From contig NC_087247.1 of assembly GCF_037042905.1 (NCBI RefSeq), positions 10,292,001-10,356,000 on the forward strand: a stretch of DNA of 64,000 bases, written 5' to 3'. The notes under the pieces are model-generated. The model was given only the letters and a program-made list of their open reading frames with translations, did no database searches and was not told where the DNA came from. This stretch comes from Lytechinus pictus. Its lineage: Eukaryota. Of this stretch, positions 37,801-49,824 are shown piece after piece (within the stretch, counting starts at the first letter, position 1; each line of letters opens with the position of its first letter). Made by a program: the position numbers and the translations under genes.

Positions 37801-39921
37801 TTCGTGTATTCCATAAAGTTTTCAAAATATCCCTTTTCAGGTCTGATTGCCAAGACGTATCAGCTAGCGCGCTGCACGCTCGCATTTTGATTCGCGAGTT
37901 ATATAAATGTTTCAATATAGATTATACAAGAAAAAACTACTTAAAATCCCCTTTTCATGACAGTTTATCAAAAATTTTAGCTCGCGATTTGCGCTCGCAT
38001 TAATGGTTAAAAATGTATTAACTGATGCATCCTATTCATAATCACAAAAGTGAAATGTCTAGTTTTTATGCCATTATATCATCAGATTTCGCGCCCTCAT
38101 TAGGCATTAATAAATGTGATATTAATTAAATGATTGAATTGTCCCTTTTGTTTCATCTCGCGCTTAGCAAGAGGAATAGGAATATAGTCATCATTTTCAT
38201 ATGATGACATGTCGTAAGGATGTCCCGGTCCTATGTCAAAACTCAAAGTAATAATAATATCAGCTCTTTTTTAAGTGCGATCCATATCCACCTTACAATT
38301 TTTCTTCAAAGTGCTTGAAATATAAACTGAAATTGACTCTTTTTTCAGATCGGAATATCAAAGTTTCATGATTTTCATGATTAAAGTTGTATTTAGAATG
38401 CCTAGATTCTAGGTCTAAATATGAAACACGCTCGCGCATGTTTATTCAGATACTCAACTTGTTCTCTAATTTAAATTAAGCCGTTAAATCATTATCCAGT
38501 TTCAGATCACAATATCAATTTTTTTCTGCTCGCGCTTTGTGATCGCATTATCAATGTAGGAAGACCCCATATTACTCATCCTTTTGATGATTTACAAAAC
38601 ATGAACAGAGTGGCCCATTTTTAGGTCTAAATCTCGAAAAAAAATTATGCTCGTGCTTCGCGCTACCATCAATCGTTAAATTATATAGTTATCATGTTCA
38701 CGATTTCAAAAACTGATTAAAATTTTCCATTCTTTCTTTAGAAAGTTCAAATTTTTCAGCTCGCGCCTCGCGCTCGCATTTTTTGATCGTTGAAATATGT
38801 AACGCCTTCATGGCTAAGTGCAAGCAGTCCTTCACAGGTACCTTTTCAACAGGTACCATGTTCAAAACGTATGTAAAAATTTTCTGCTCGCGCTTTGCGC
38901 TCGCATTATTAATACTCACCCTTTTCAGGATTTACAAAACATGAATAGAGTGTCTCGTTCAGTAAATATTATAGGACTAAATCTCGAAATTTTCCGCTCG
39001 CGCTTCGCGCTTACATTAATTGTTTACTTATATATATTCTGCTTGAGTCACAAAATGTGCTTAGAATTTCCATTCTTTAGGTGAACATGTCCAAAAAAAA
39101 TCAGCTCGCGCTTCGCGCTCGCATTATTTGATCGTTAAATGCTACTTTAACAGGTATCTTTTCCATCAGTTCATTTCTGCTCGCGCTTTGCGTTTGTAGT
39201 AATTATTAAGTTGCATACACATCTTTTTCAGGATAACAAACATTGCCCAGAGTCAGTTCAAATTTTAGGAAAAAATACATAAAATTTCCAAAAAAATTAG
39301 CTCGCGGTTCGCGCTCGCATCATATAAGGATTATGATATTATATATTTATTTATAAGAATAAAGCTAAGAAGTGACTAATGAGGACTACCCCTTCAAAGA
39401 AACAAACAAAAATCGTCTTCGAGCTACCAATCGGGGAAAATATGGCTGAAACAAATTACCGCCCCCCTATTGGCGAAGGCTGGATCCGCCCCTGTGTCCC
39501 CCTTACCTTTTGGGAGAGATTTCCGCCCCTGGATGCCTCTGAAGAAAAATATTTTGCCCTTTGACTGTTTTGTACAAATAGCGATCAGAATTTTATTGTG
39601 AATATTAGATTCCCCCCTTCCCCCTACCCACGGCACCGAGAGTTTAAAAAAAGGAAGAAAAGGGTCTATGAAATATAGGATGAAATATATGCAAGCATAT
39701 TTGATTTATGAGTAGGTACAAATCCCGTACAAATATGAATTCAATTGGAAGCACGTCATGGACAAAGCCCGCTTATTTACAAGTGAGAATACCAAATATG
39801 TAAAATGGCCTACCTCCTCTTCCCTATGCAATCTGTCTGCTAGTATGTGGGAAAGTCCTGTCGCAATCTCCTCCATCGTCGAGCTGACATCCACATTCGT
39901 CACAAACACTGCAAGAGGCAT
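34721..39921 (-). CDS. MIF: MIF/D-dopachrome tautomerase family protein A, 138 aa; join(39921-39814,35999-35821,34850-34721)
   Basis: MPLAVFVTNV...RLHREEE|KITVHIHPNQFMLRGGSTDPAGYV...NSSR|FMVYMHTMSADDIGIDG.... It has Pro1, a 108-bp first coding exon and phase 0/2 introns as in vertebrate MIF/DDT, with canonical splice sites. Confidence 0.92.
35392..35764. mobile_element. hAT-like MITE
   Basis: CAGTGGCGGATCCAGG / CCTGGATCCGCCCCTG with a degenerate 8-bp TSD ATATAGGA/ATACAGGG. Confidence 0.7.
35821..35999 (-). CDS. MIF: MIF-like A exon 2
   Basis: ttgcag|AAG ATA ACC ... TCC AG|gtgagt. Confidence 0.92.
37501..39531. mobile_element. Non-autonomous hAT-like element with GCTCGCGCTTCGCGC repeats, in MIF-A intron 1
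   Basis: CATGGGCGGAAATC / GATTTCCGCCCCTG. Perfect 8-bp TSD GATGCCTC at 37493-37500 and 39532-39539. Confidence 0.88.
39814..39921 (-). CDS. MIF: MIF-like A exon 1
   Basis: CACC-ATG-CCT start; 36 codons; |gtaggc donor. Confidence 0.92.
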
Positions 39922-40158
39922 GGTGTATTTTGAGCTGAAGACACAAATGAAGTATGATAACCGAACAGATGACGAGACAATTTGGTAAATATACCGTCAA
40001 ATTGATGGTTTTTATTCCCGCAAACGAAGTGGAAAATCACTGGGTGTACAGCTGTAGCATTCGCAAGTGTAATTGGTATGAGTGGAAATGCACGTACGTA
40101 TACGTGTATTTATGCGAACTTGACAATCGCATATGTGTTGTCACAGCTGATTCATGCG

Positions 40159-40166
40159 TGACGTCA
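40159..40166. promoter_or_regulatory. Palindromic CRE (TGACGTCA), ~240 bp upstream of the MIF-A ATG, in the divergent A/B intergenic region
   Basis: Exact consensus match. Function is not shown by the sequence. Confidence 0.35.
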
Positions 40167-41130
40167 CAAAACACGTTGCTTCTACTCCAGCCTCAAAAGA
40201 TTACTCTCCAGCACTGTTATTCCGTTGTATCCAAATAATCTTTGAACTAATCGACCCTTTCTTTGCCATTTTGTTATCGTTGCACATTCGTATTTATTAC
40301 TGAACTGATGCGATGGCTGTATTATTCAACCTGATGATGAAATGGATTTTAATAAACGAAGCTTGAATATCATAAATTTCTAAATCCTATAATTAAGCTA
40401 ACCATGCTGTATTGTTCACGCGTGGACCGTCGAGGTCAATGTCAACGTCCAGGGTCGCGATCGAACCCCCTCGAATTGGTATCGGGGTCAAGATCAGTGT
40501 GCGAAGACTAAGAAAATCCACAAAACAATAAATATACTCGGTGTTCACTCATAAGAAGAAAACAAAACTACAATAACAATACCCCTAATNNNNNNNNNNN
40601 NNNNNNNNNNNNNNNNNNNNNNNNNNNNNNNNNNNNNNNNNNNNNNNNNNNNNNNNNNNNNNNNNNNNNNNNNNNNNNNNNNNNNNNNNNNNNNNNNNNN
40701 NNNNNNNNNNNNNNNNNNNNNNNNNNNNNNNNNNNNNNNNNNNNNNNNNNNNNNNNNNNTATAGATAAATATATAGACACTGACAGATAAATAGATAGAC
40801 AGACAGATAGATCAGATAAAATAATAATGATGATAATAATATAATATTAATGACTCTATGATAATGGCTCCCTTCCAAACCACGCCCCCCCCCCCTCCAC
40901 CCTCTCCTCAGGAGCATGCGTAAATCTAAATGTACTTTTGGCAAGATTGCACGTGAACAATGCAAACAAAGATGATCGATCATAATTCTGGTTATACATG
41001 TATATTTTCAGTGCATAAAACCGGGCGTTTCGCTTCAAGCTACACAGTATAGCGTACCTGTACGGGTATATGTCATTCGATTTTCGGGATTTTCGTTTTG
41101 CCTTGAACCTGATCTTGAAAAGACCACATC

Positions 41131-41238
41131 ATGCCGTTGGTTGTTATTAGCACAAATATCAAGAGATCCTCTATACCAGAGGGTTTTCTAAAAGGATTTT
41201 CCAAGGTTTACTCCGAGGCTGTGAACAGAGAAGAAAGG
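41131..41238 (+). CDS. MIF: MIF-like B exon 1
   Basis: ATG CCG ... AGG|gtaact. Confidence 0.93.
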
Positions 41239-44200
41239 GTAACTGCAATTAAACACAATTTTTTTTGTAATGCCTGTTTTATTGAAGAAATTAGTGACTC
41301 AATTATTATTGATGGTCGATTAGGGACATCCAGCGCCGGATCCAGGATTTCGCTCATGCGGGGAAGAGAAAATAATAGTAATTAAACGGATGATGATGAT
41401 ACTACTACTACTTCTACTACTACTACTACTAATATACTAGCTACTACAGCTACAACTACTACTATTACTACTACTACTACAGCTACAACTACTACTACTA
41501 TACTACTACTACTACAACTATACTACTACTACAACTNNNNNNNNNNNNNNNNNNNNNNNNNNNNNNNNNNNNNNNNNNNNNNNNNNNNNNNNNNNNNNNN
41601 NNNNNNNNNNNNNNNNNNNNNNNNNNNNNNNNNNNNNNNNNNNNNNNNNNNNNNNNNNNNNNNNNNNNNNNNNNNNNNNNNNNNNNNNNNNNNNTATATA
41701 ATACNNNNNNNNNNNNNNNNNNNNNNNNNNNNNNNNNNNNNNNNNNNNNNNNNNNNNNNNNNNNNNNNNNNNNNNNNNNNNNNNNNNNNNNNNNNNNNNN
41801 NNNNNNNNNNNNNNNNNNNNNNNNNNNNNNNNNNNNNNNNNNNNNNNTACTACTTCTACAACTACCTCTGCTACTACTATAATAATAATGATAATAATAA
41901 TTTGAATACATTGTCGACCAATGAATAAGAAACTGGTTGACATTCCTTTCTCGAAAGATGAAGAATAATGTATATAAGTATCCGTACGGAGTTCCAAGTA
42001 TGGTTGGAAGAATATAGATTCTTACTTATTTTCATCCACTCTTTTACCAGATTGGTTTCTTAAAAAGTTAGAGAGGGCGTTTTCAGTTTCATCTGGAATA
42101 AGAAGAAATGTCATGATCCAGGATCTATCAAACGGAGGAATTAAGATGGTAGATGTGTATTCAGCCAAGCATTTGTTTTGGATAGAGAGAATTAAACAAG
42201 CGGATAAAAAGGATGGTTTCAAATTCTTCAATGTTATCTTAAAAAGAACGGGGGATTATTTGTATTCAACTGTAACTATGGTCATAACATGTTGAGCTTG
42301 GAGATTCCTCAGTTTTATAAAACTGGTTTACAATGTTGGGATTCTCTTAATGTGAAAAACATAGAGGATAATACGAAGTTCCAGATCATCTGGAGCAATA
42401 AACAACTGAAAGTTACTCGAGATATGATCTTCTTTCGAAAATTGTTTTTAAAAAGAATTGTGTTTTTTAATGACATTCTTACTGAAGGATGTATTTTAAG
42501 ATGATGGGATGAAATGAAAAGGTTATTTGATTTAGACGCCAACGACTAGATTACAAGGACTGTATTCTGCATTTATAAAGACAATTTTTTTCTAAAATAT
42601 CATATACGGAATACGGGATACGTCCCCTGCATGAGTTGTGACTCGTCAGGGGGGGCAGTCTGCCCCCTGCCCCCCCCCCTTAGGTACGCTATATAGTGTC
42701 TGCCAGTACAGACTCATATTTGACACTTTAACCAATCAAAGGTCTAGAGTATAAAGAGTATAGGCTCTGCCCGTGTTAACTAAAATTATATTTTTAAAAT
42801 TATTATAACTTGCTAGAGCCAGCACACTAGGCCTATACATAGTGAATCTAGTCTCACTACTTCAGACTCTGCATTCATGCACCATGCGAATTTCGAAAAC
42901 CAAGGGTCTGTGCCTGCATGCATGCAGACTAGGTTTAGATGTGACTGCAGTACATGCGATTGTAATGCGTGAAATATACGCCTATCGTATATCCTATGCA
43001 ATCATATTATTACCATTAAAAAATTACCATGGTAAATTTTGCCACAGGGCCTAATATGCCACATTTTGTCGTAGGGCCTACCATAAAACTGAAATGATTA
43101 TTTAAAACAGCAGAATTCAAATCCAAATACATTTTTTTTTTTTTTTTAATCACAATAACTTTGCAAATTTGTATAATCCCTTTCCCTGCTTTGTATCCAT
43201 AATTTATTATCAAAGAATGAAATTAAACTTTAGGTGTCACAATTCTTTGTTTGTGACCATGCAACCAAGCCTAGACTGTGTGTCTTTTGGTTCAAAATAA
43301 TGTCGAGTTTAACTTATCAAAGGATATAACGGTTATTGACCTCTCCTTCATTTGAATTCTCTCTAACATCCCCATTACTCAAGTAGATCGCATTCAAAGG
43401 CTTCAAAATTGGGCAGCTCGAATAATTTATCAAGTAACAAGATTTCACTTCTCCAAACCACTCCTTGAATCGTTACACTGGCTTCCCATACGACATCGTA
43501 TAGTTTTTAAGTTACTTTTGTTAGTTTTTAAGTCTCTTAATAAGCAGGCACCTTTATATCTGCGTGATTGTTTGACCCTATACGCCCCTCGCAGGAATGT
43601 ACGAGCCTCCAGTGACCCATTCCGTCTCACATATAAAATCACTAGGAAACTGGCTGGAGATAGGACTTTCACCATTACCGCTTCAAAATATTGGAATCGC
43701 TTACCTTTTACTCTTAGGCAATCACCATCTGTTGCTTCATTTAAAAAGGGACTTAAAACCTTCCTTTTTTTCTAATCCAGATTTTTAAGGATTGTAAGGT
43801 TTCATTTTTATAGTTGTAACAATTTCTTTTTCTTGTTGTAAGCGCTTTGGGCCATTCTGGGAAAAGCGCAGTATATAAATAATAATGATAATAATAATAA
43901 TAATAATAATTCATCTTCAATACTTCCCCTTTAATATTCACCAATACAAATAAGATAAACTTTAGATCATGAACTTTGTAGCTTGGAAATGAGCTCACAA
44001 TTATACTCCGGGCAGAGTATCAAGAACTTAATTGACAAGGTCGTAAAATAATATGCAATAAAATGTTAATTCTTAAACTTGCAAATAGATCCTTGAAGGT
44101 TTTTTCCGGTTTTAAAAGGGCAAAGGTAGATCCAGCATTTCGGAACGGAAGGGGCACATACATATTTTTGTTGAGAAGAGCAAATTTGCGATTTTCGGCT

Positions 44201-46986
44201 TCGAAAAAACCCCTATTGTCTTGCTCACTTCTGAAAAGGGACGTTAGAGGGAGGGGGAGGGGGGTACAACCATATAACATATGTTTCTCGTGGCTCCCGC
44301 CCCACCCCCTTATCGTGAGGCCGAGGAGGGATATCCATACGGTCGCTTCGATCCCTTGCGTCACAATAATTTATCGCCCCCTTTCAGAAAGAAATCATGA
44401 GTGAGCCTATACGGTCATGAGACAAGACTATCATAATTTAAGTTTGATATCATACAATGAAATAAATTATTTCGGCTTTTAAAAAGCACACTGCAAAAAC
44501 TCCGGTGTTAATTTAACACCAGCCCGGAATATGTCCAAACCAGAAAAGTATTGAAACAACACCAGTTTGGAATCAAACCGATGTTTTGATACTAATTGTT
44601 GTTGTATAAACACTTATCTGGTGTTAGACCAAAGCGAAACTGGTGTTGTTTAATACTTTTCTTGTGTGGACATGTATAGATTCCGAGCCGGTGTTAAATC
44701 AACACCAGAGTTTTTGCAGTGCATGTAAAGTTGTATTACATTTTTTTTTTTTTGGGGGGGGTAATCATATCAAAATTTTTCGGGAATAATCGTCCAGCAT
44801 GATCTATTTTTTTCTCTTGGCATGTCCTCTCCCCCGTTTTTTCTCTTTCTTTCCCTTTCTCTTTTTTTTCTCTCTCTCTCACCCCTTCCTTTCTTTCTCT
44901 CTACATGTTCTATGTAGATGATCAACTGTAGCCTGTATGCTGGCGTAGAGATGATACGGAACGGAACCGATGAGCCAGCTTGCGTCATCACGATACGTCA
45001 CACAATACCTCAGGACACCGACGGACGGCGAGAAACGACCAGAAGGCTGCTAGAGTATGCGCAGACTCAGTTGAAGCTCACTGATGAAAATATGAAAAGG
45101 TATTAACAATATTATGTCGCTTTTGTTTCATTGTGTGCGCATGTATGGGAGCTGACAACTTTTCTTGAATTTGATTGGCTAAGAAGCAGAATTACTATGG
45201 AAACTGTCGGCTATACCAGGACTTGTCGGATAAAACGTTGAATAGTCTTTTCCGTGATTGGCACAAACAAAAATGACATAAAAATTATAGGCCTGCTCTT
45301 TGTTAATAGAGATGTTTAGAATTCCCGCTACGCCCAGGATCTCATGACACACAGAATCTTCCTCCTTCTTCTTCCGCGATTACCATCAAACTTGAATATT
45401 GAAGATTTTCCTCGAGTTTATAGGGGATTAAAAAAAAATCATTCAATCTCATCATGATGAGTGGATAACCATATTAGTTTTATTGTCTCGCATGCATAGC
45501 AGAGCGAGACTATAGGCGCCGCTTTTCCGACGGCGACGGCGGCGGCGGCGGCGGCGGCGTCAACATCAAATCTTAACCTAAGGTTAAGTTTTTGAAATGA
45601 CATCATAACTTAGAAAGTATATGGACCTAGTTCATGAAACTTGGACATAAGGTTAATCAAGTATTACTGAACATCCTGCTTGAGTTTATGGTCACATGAC
45701 TAAGGTCAAAGGTCATTTAGGGTCAATGAACTTAGACCATGTTGGGAGAATAATTTTCAAAATCTTAACCGAAGGTTAAGTTTTTGAAATGACATCATAA
45801 CTTAAAAAGTATATGGACCTAGTTCATGAAACTTGGGCATAAGGTTAATCAAGTATTAGTGAACATCCTGCTCGAGTTTTAGGTCACATGACCAAGGTCA
45901 AAGGTCATTTAGGGTCAATGAACTTTGGTCAAGTTTGGGGTATTTGTTGAATTACTATCATAACTTTGAAAATTTATGGATCTAGTTCATGAAACTTGGA
46001 CATAAGGTTAATCAAGTATTAGTGAACATCCTTCCTGCGTTTCAGGTCACATGGCCAAGGTCAAAGGTCATTTAGGGTCAATGAACTTTGGCCAAGTTGG
46101 GGTATTTGTTGAATTACCTTCATAACTTTGAAAATTTATGGATCTAGTTCATGAAACTTGGACATTAGGTTAATCAAGTACCACTGAATATCCTGTGCGA
46201 GTTTCAGGTCACATGACCATGGTCAATGGTCATTTAAGGTCAATGAACTTTGGCCGTGTTGGGGGTCTTTGTTAAATTACCATCCTAACTCTGAAGGTTT
46301 ATGGATCTAGTTCATAAAACTTGGACATAAGAGTAATCGAGTATCACTGAACATCCTGTACGAGTTTCAGGTCACATGACCATGGTCAAAGGTCATTTAA
46401 GGTCAATGAAATTTGGCCGTGTTGCGGGTATTTGTTGAATTACCATCCTAACTCTGAAGTTTATGGATCTATTTCATAAAACTTGGGATATAAGAGTAAT
46501 CAAGTATCACTAAACATCCCCTGTGAGTTTCAGGTCACAAAACCAAGGTCAAAGGTCAGTTAAGGTCAATAAACTTAGGCCATGTTGGGGTAATTGTTGA
46601 ATTGCCATCATAAATTTGAAAGTTTATGGATAGAGTGAATGAAATGTGGACATGGGTGTATTTGACAAGTCTTAAGTCACCGTTCAAATGTCATCTATGG
46701 TCAATGAACGTGGTATTATGTCATTATATGAATGGTGTTTTTGTGAATTATTATTTTATAGTAGTTTTCAAAGTTAGCACTGCTGCTATATTAAATTGCG
46801 TAATGCAGGCGAGACTGCCAGAGGCGTTCCACTTGTATAAGAAAGTATCACTTTGCAACCTTTTATGTGATTATTAATGTATTTCTTTATTATCATCTTG
46901 CAAATTTCAGATTCAGCGTTGTCTTCCTGACACCGAAACGAGACGAAATAGGAACATGTTCAGGAATGTTATGCGACAGAGATTGA
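41131..46986 (+). CDS. MIF: MIF/DDT family protein B, 121 aa; join(41131-41238,44918-45099,46911-46986)
   Basis: MPLVVISTNIKRSSIPEGFLKGFSK...|MINCSLYAGVEMIRNGTDEPACVITI...MKR|FSVVFLTPKRDEIGTCSGMLCDRD*. Resembles human MIF PMFIVNTNVPRASVPDGFL. Canonical splice sites. Confidence 0.93.
41960..42550 (+). mobile_element. Degraded L1/Tx1-like LINE ORF2 fragment
   Basis: Frameshifted peptides NGGIKMVDV, IPQFYKTGLQCW and QIIWSN are typical of the post-RT region of L1/Tx1. Confidence 0.6.
43360..43910 (+). mobile_element. L2-clade LINE 3' end
   Basis: RIQRLQNWAARII..LHWLPIRHRIVFKLLLLVFKSL..APLYL..GDRTF..WNRLP..SFKKGLKTFLF, followed by a GTAAGCGCTTTG..AAAAGCGC stem and an (AAT)n tail. Confidence 0.85.
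44489..44721. mobile_element. CACTA/EnSpm-like MITE, copy 1 (TSD CA)
   Basis: CACTGCAAAAACTCCGGTGTT / AACACCAGAGTTTTTGCAGTG. Confidence 0.85.
44918..45099 (+). CDS. MIF: MIF-like B exon 2
   Basis: atgtag|ATG ATC ... AAA AG|gtatt. Confidence 0.92.
45482..46836 (+). mobile_element. Helentron-associated (HINE/Pearl-type) element with a ~163-bp internal tandem array
   Basis: Subterminal IRs GTCTCGCATGCA / TGCAGGCGAGAC, a (GGC)n near the 5' end, and a 3' CTTGT. GGTCA anchors at 45711, 45903, 46066, 46228, 46391 and 46554. Confidence 0.8.
46911..46986 (+). CDS. MIF: MIF-like B exon 3
   Basis: tttcag|A TTC AGC ... GAT TGA. Confidence 0.9.
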
Positions 46987-47103
46987 TAACAGATCATCGC
47001 AGATAGGATTACATATAGCGTATTTTGGCATCCACTTCGCAAATGCTTTCTGTAAAGTACAGAATCCATTGAAAATGCCCGTCAAATCGCAATGGACAGA
47101 TTA

Positions 47104-47344
47104 CACTGCAAAACTCTGGTGTTGATTTAACACCAGCCCGGAATCTATATATGTCTACACCAGAGAAGTGTTAAACAACACCAGTTTCGTGTTGGTCTAA
47201 CACCAGATAGGTGTTTATACAACACCAATTAGTATCAAAACAGCATCGGTTTGATTCCAAACTGGTGTTGTTTCAATACTTCTCTGGTGTGGACATATAT
47301 AGATTCCGGGCTGGTGTTAAATCAACACCGGAGTTTTTGCAGTG
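47104..47344. mobile_element. CACTA/EnSpm-like MITE, copy 2 (TSD TA)
   Basis: Same family as 44489. Confidence 0.85.
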
Positions 47345-48860
47345 TAGAGGTCATTGTCGAAAGTTGCTTGACCGGGACCACTGATCTTAATATTGTCTGA
47401 ATATTATATAATATTCAGATCAGTGACCAGGACAGCACATCGTCTTAAGATTCGCACCGGACAAGACTTTGCAAATATGTCATCTGTCCAGAGTCCAGGA
47501 CGACACTGCTGTTTTGATTCACAGATTTTCGACAAAAGCTGTTTTGATATGAAGGGTGTTTGGACAAAAGATTCTCTGCGTCATAGAAAGCGTCTGCGAA
47601 GTGAATGCTAAAACACCCTATTAACAGCATATCTTGGCAAACGTTTATAGGGGAAGGGGAGGGGGCTTTATAGTTAGTGGAGTATCTTTGTTGATTTCTT
47701 AAGTTCATCATAAGAGAAGCAAATGATTTCATTTTAGGTGATGACGATTATAATTTGCAAAGGAATGTCTCACTGTCCCCAGTTTCACAAGAAGATGAAC
47801 AATGCGAATATTAATACGAATCCCTATACTACAATTCAAAAGAAAATAGTTTGCATCATGATTTTGAGGTAAAGCACTAATCTCATCGGGAAGCCGAGTA
47901 CAAATTTTATTCTAGATGGGCTTATGAAATTCCTTCATTGGAAGATTACTTCTTATGCTATCACGTCTTGCCAAAGATGTGAAATAAAATCACTTTTTTA
48001 TAAAAATATTTCGTGTTAGAACTGTTGGGTCCTTTAGAAGAATTGTGTCAACTGATTTTTAGAACAACTTGCTAAAAATGAACGGTTCGGTATAGGCCTA
48101 CTGCTCATTACCTACACTATAAATCATTTACGGATAAAAAAAAACCGGTTTTCAATAAAGAAGTCAAAACATGGAGAGAGAATCCGAATTAATTTTCTTA
48201 ATTTTAAACGGGAAGAAACGGCAAGTGGGCAAATCGTCTTTCCTTTACCCCTTTTCCAAATTTGTGAGGGTTGGCCGAAGCGGGAAGTACTTACGGAAAA
48301 AATACCTTCTCAATATTTTTTTTTTTTTTGGGGGGGGGGGAGGGGATGTGAAACAATTGGAAATATGAATTTTATGAAATACACTTTGTAGATATTTCCA
48401 GGTATTGCCCATGTTTCTCAAGCATATTCTAGCATTTCCCTGTACTATCCATGCAGCCTTTTTTTTTCTTTAGCATTTCCCACCTTGGCGGGAAATACTC
48501 TAATTTCCAGGAAAACTGCCATAATCTGACTTTTGTCTTCTGTTTCTTCCAATATTTTTTTATTTCTTGTTTTTAATATTTCAAAAACAGAAAAATGCGA
48601 CTACCTCAAATGCCCCTATTAGCTAGTGTTAGGCATGTACTGCGTGTTTATTTTTGTTATCCTTGAAAACACATGGAGATACACGTGTCAGGGTTAGATT
48701 GTAATCAGTGCAAACATAATAATCCCCATTGTTGTTTTGGAGGACGACAAATCATGAAAAGTTCAATGAAACAGAAAATTCTCCATCATATTGATTTGTA
48801 TAATATACTTCACCATGTTCACATGCAGACACTGACACTTAAAATTTTGGGCAACATAAT

Positions 48861-48894
<34 letters not shown>

Positions 48895-49716
48895 TATATG
48901 TAATACCAACATACATTAACCAACACAGTGGGCACAGTGGACAGTATGCTGCCCAGGGTTGGTTAAAAGTTGGACATTTTTTGCACAACTATTCTAAGAG
49001 TGCACTTTGATACACATATTTCAGATCATTCGTGAAATTTTAGAACGAAATCCACTCACAAAAATAGGAGGGGCATGTGTTGGTGAAAAGGTGAGCGAGC
49101 GCCGCCACGTCAGTGAACTTGTGAGGCTGTGTTTAATTCCGTTAGTAGGAATTAACAACGATTAGGGTCAAATCACCGAGTCAATGGCCCTCTTTTACTC
49201 CACACCGCTACGTAGCATGTTTTCATGAACATTTCAAATGCAGATCATGACTAGGGCACCCAGCAAGAACTAGCTTTGTCGAAAATTTGTGGATCAATTG
49301 AAAAAGCATGCAGTTTTTGTCCCGGACTCTGGACAAACAGCATACAGTATTTGCAATTTTCGCCAGCTCCGAAACCTGGGACTATTTAAACTGCTGTTCC
49401 GGTTCACAAATTTTCGTCACAGACCTCCTATAGCTGTCCATTGTTATTTGATGGTCATTTTCAGTATATTTTCTACGTTCTTGGAAGCGTTCTGCGTCGC
49501 GGTGCAAATCTCCCTATTGATCGAAAAACAACCAGCAAAGATAAACGTAGCGATGCGTGCTAACTGGCCGCATGGGTGCACGTGCGCCTACATCACTGCG
49601 TAACCGCACCTGCATGGGTTCTCTACTACATACGGCATAAAGAGTTTACGGAGAGTTCATATCATTTCGAATTTGAGATTTGCCCAGGGAAGGCCATTGC
49701 TCTTTAAGACCACACC

Positions 49717-49824
49717 ATGCCACTAATTGTGATTAGAACAAATATCCCGAGATCCTCTATACCAGAGGGTTTTCTGAAAGGATTTTCCAAGGTTTACTCC
49801 GAGGCTGTGAACAGAGACGAAAAG
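49717..49824 (+). CDS. MIF: MIF-like C exon 1
   Basis: CACC-ATG-CCA ... AAG|gtaatt. Confidence 0.93.

Noticed and set aside
40568-41997. ORFs with X runs
   Set aside because: Artefacts of N gaps and (TAC)/(AAT) microsatellites.
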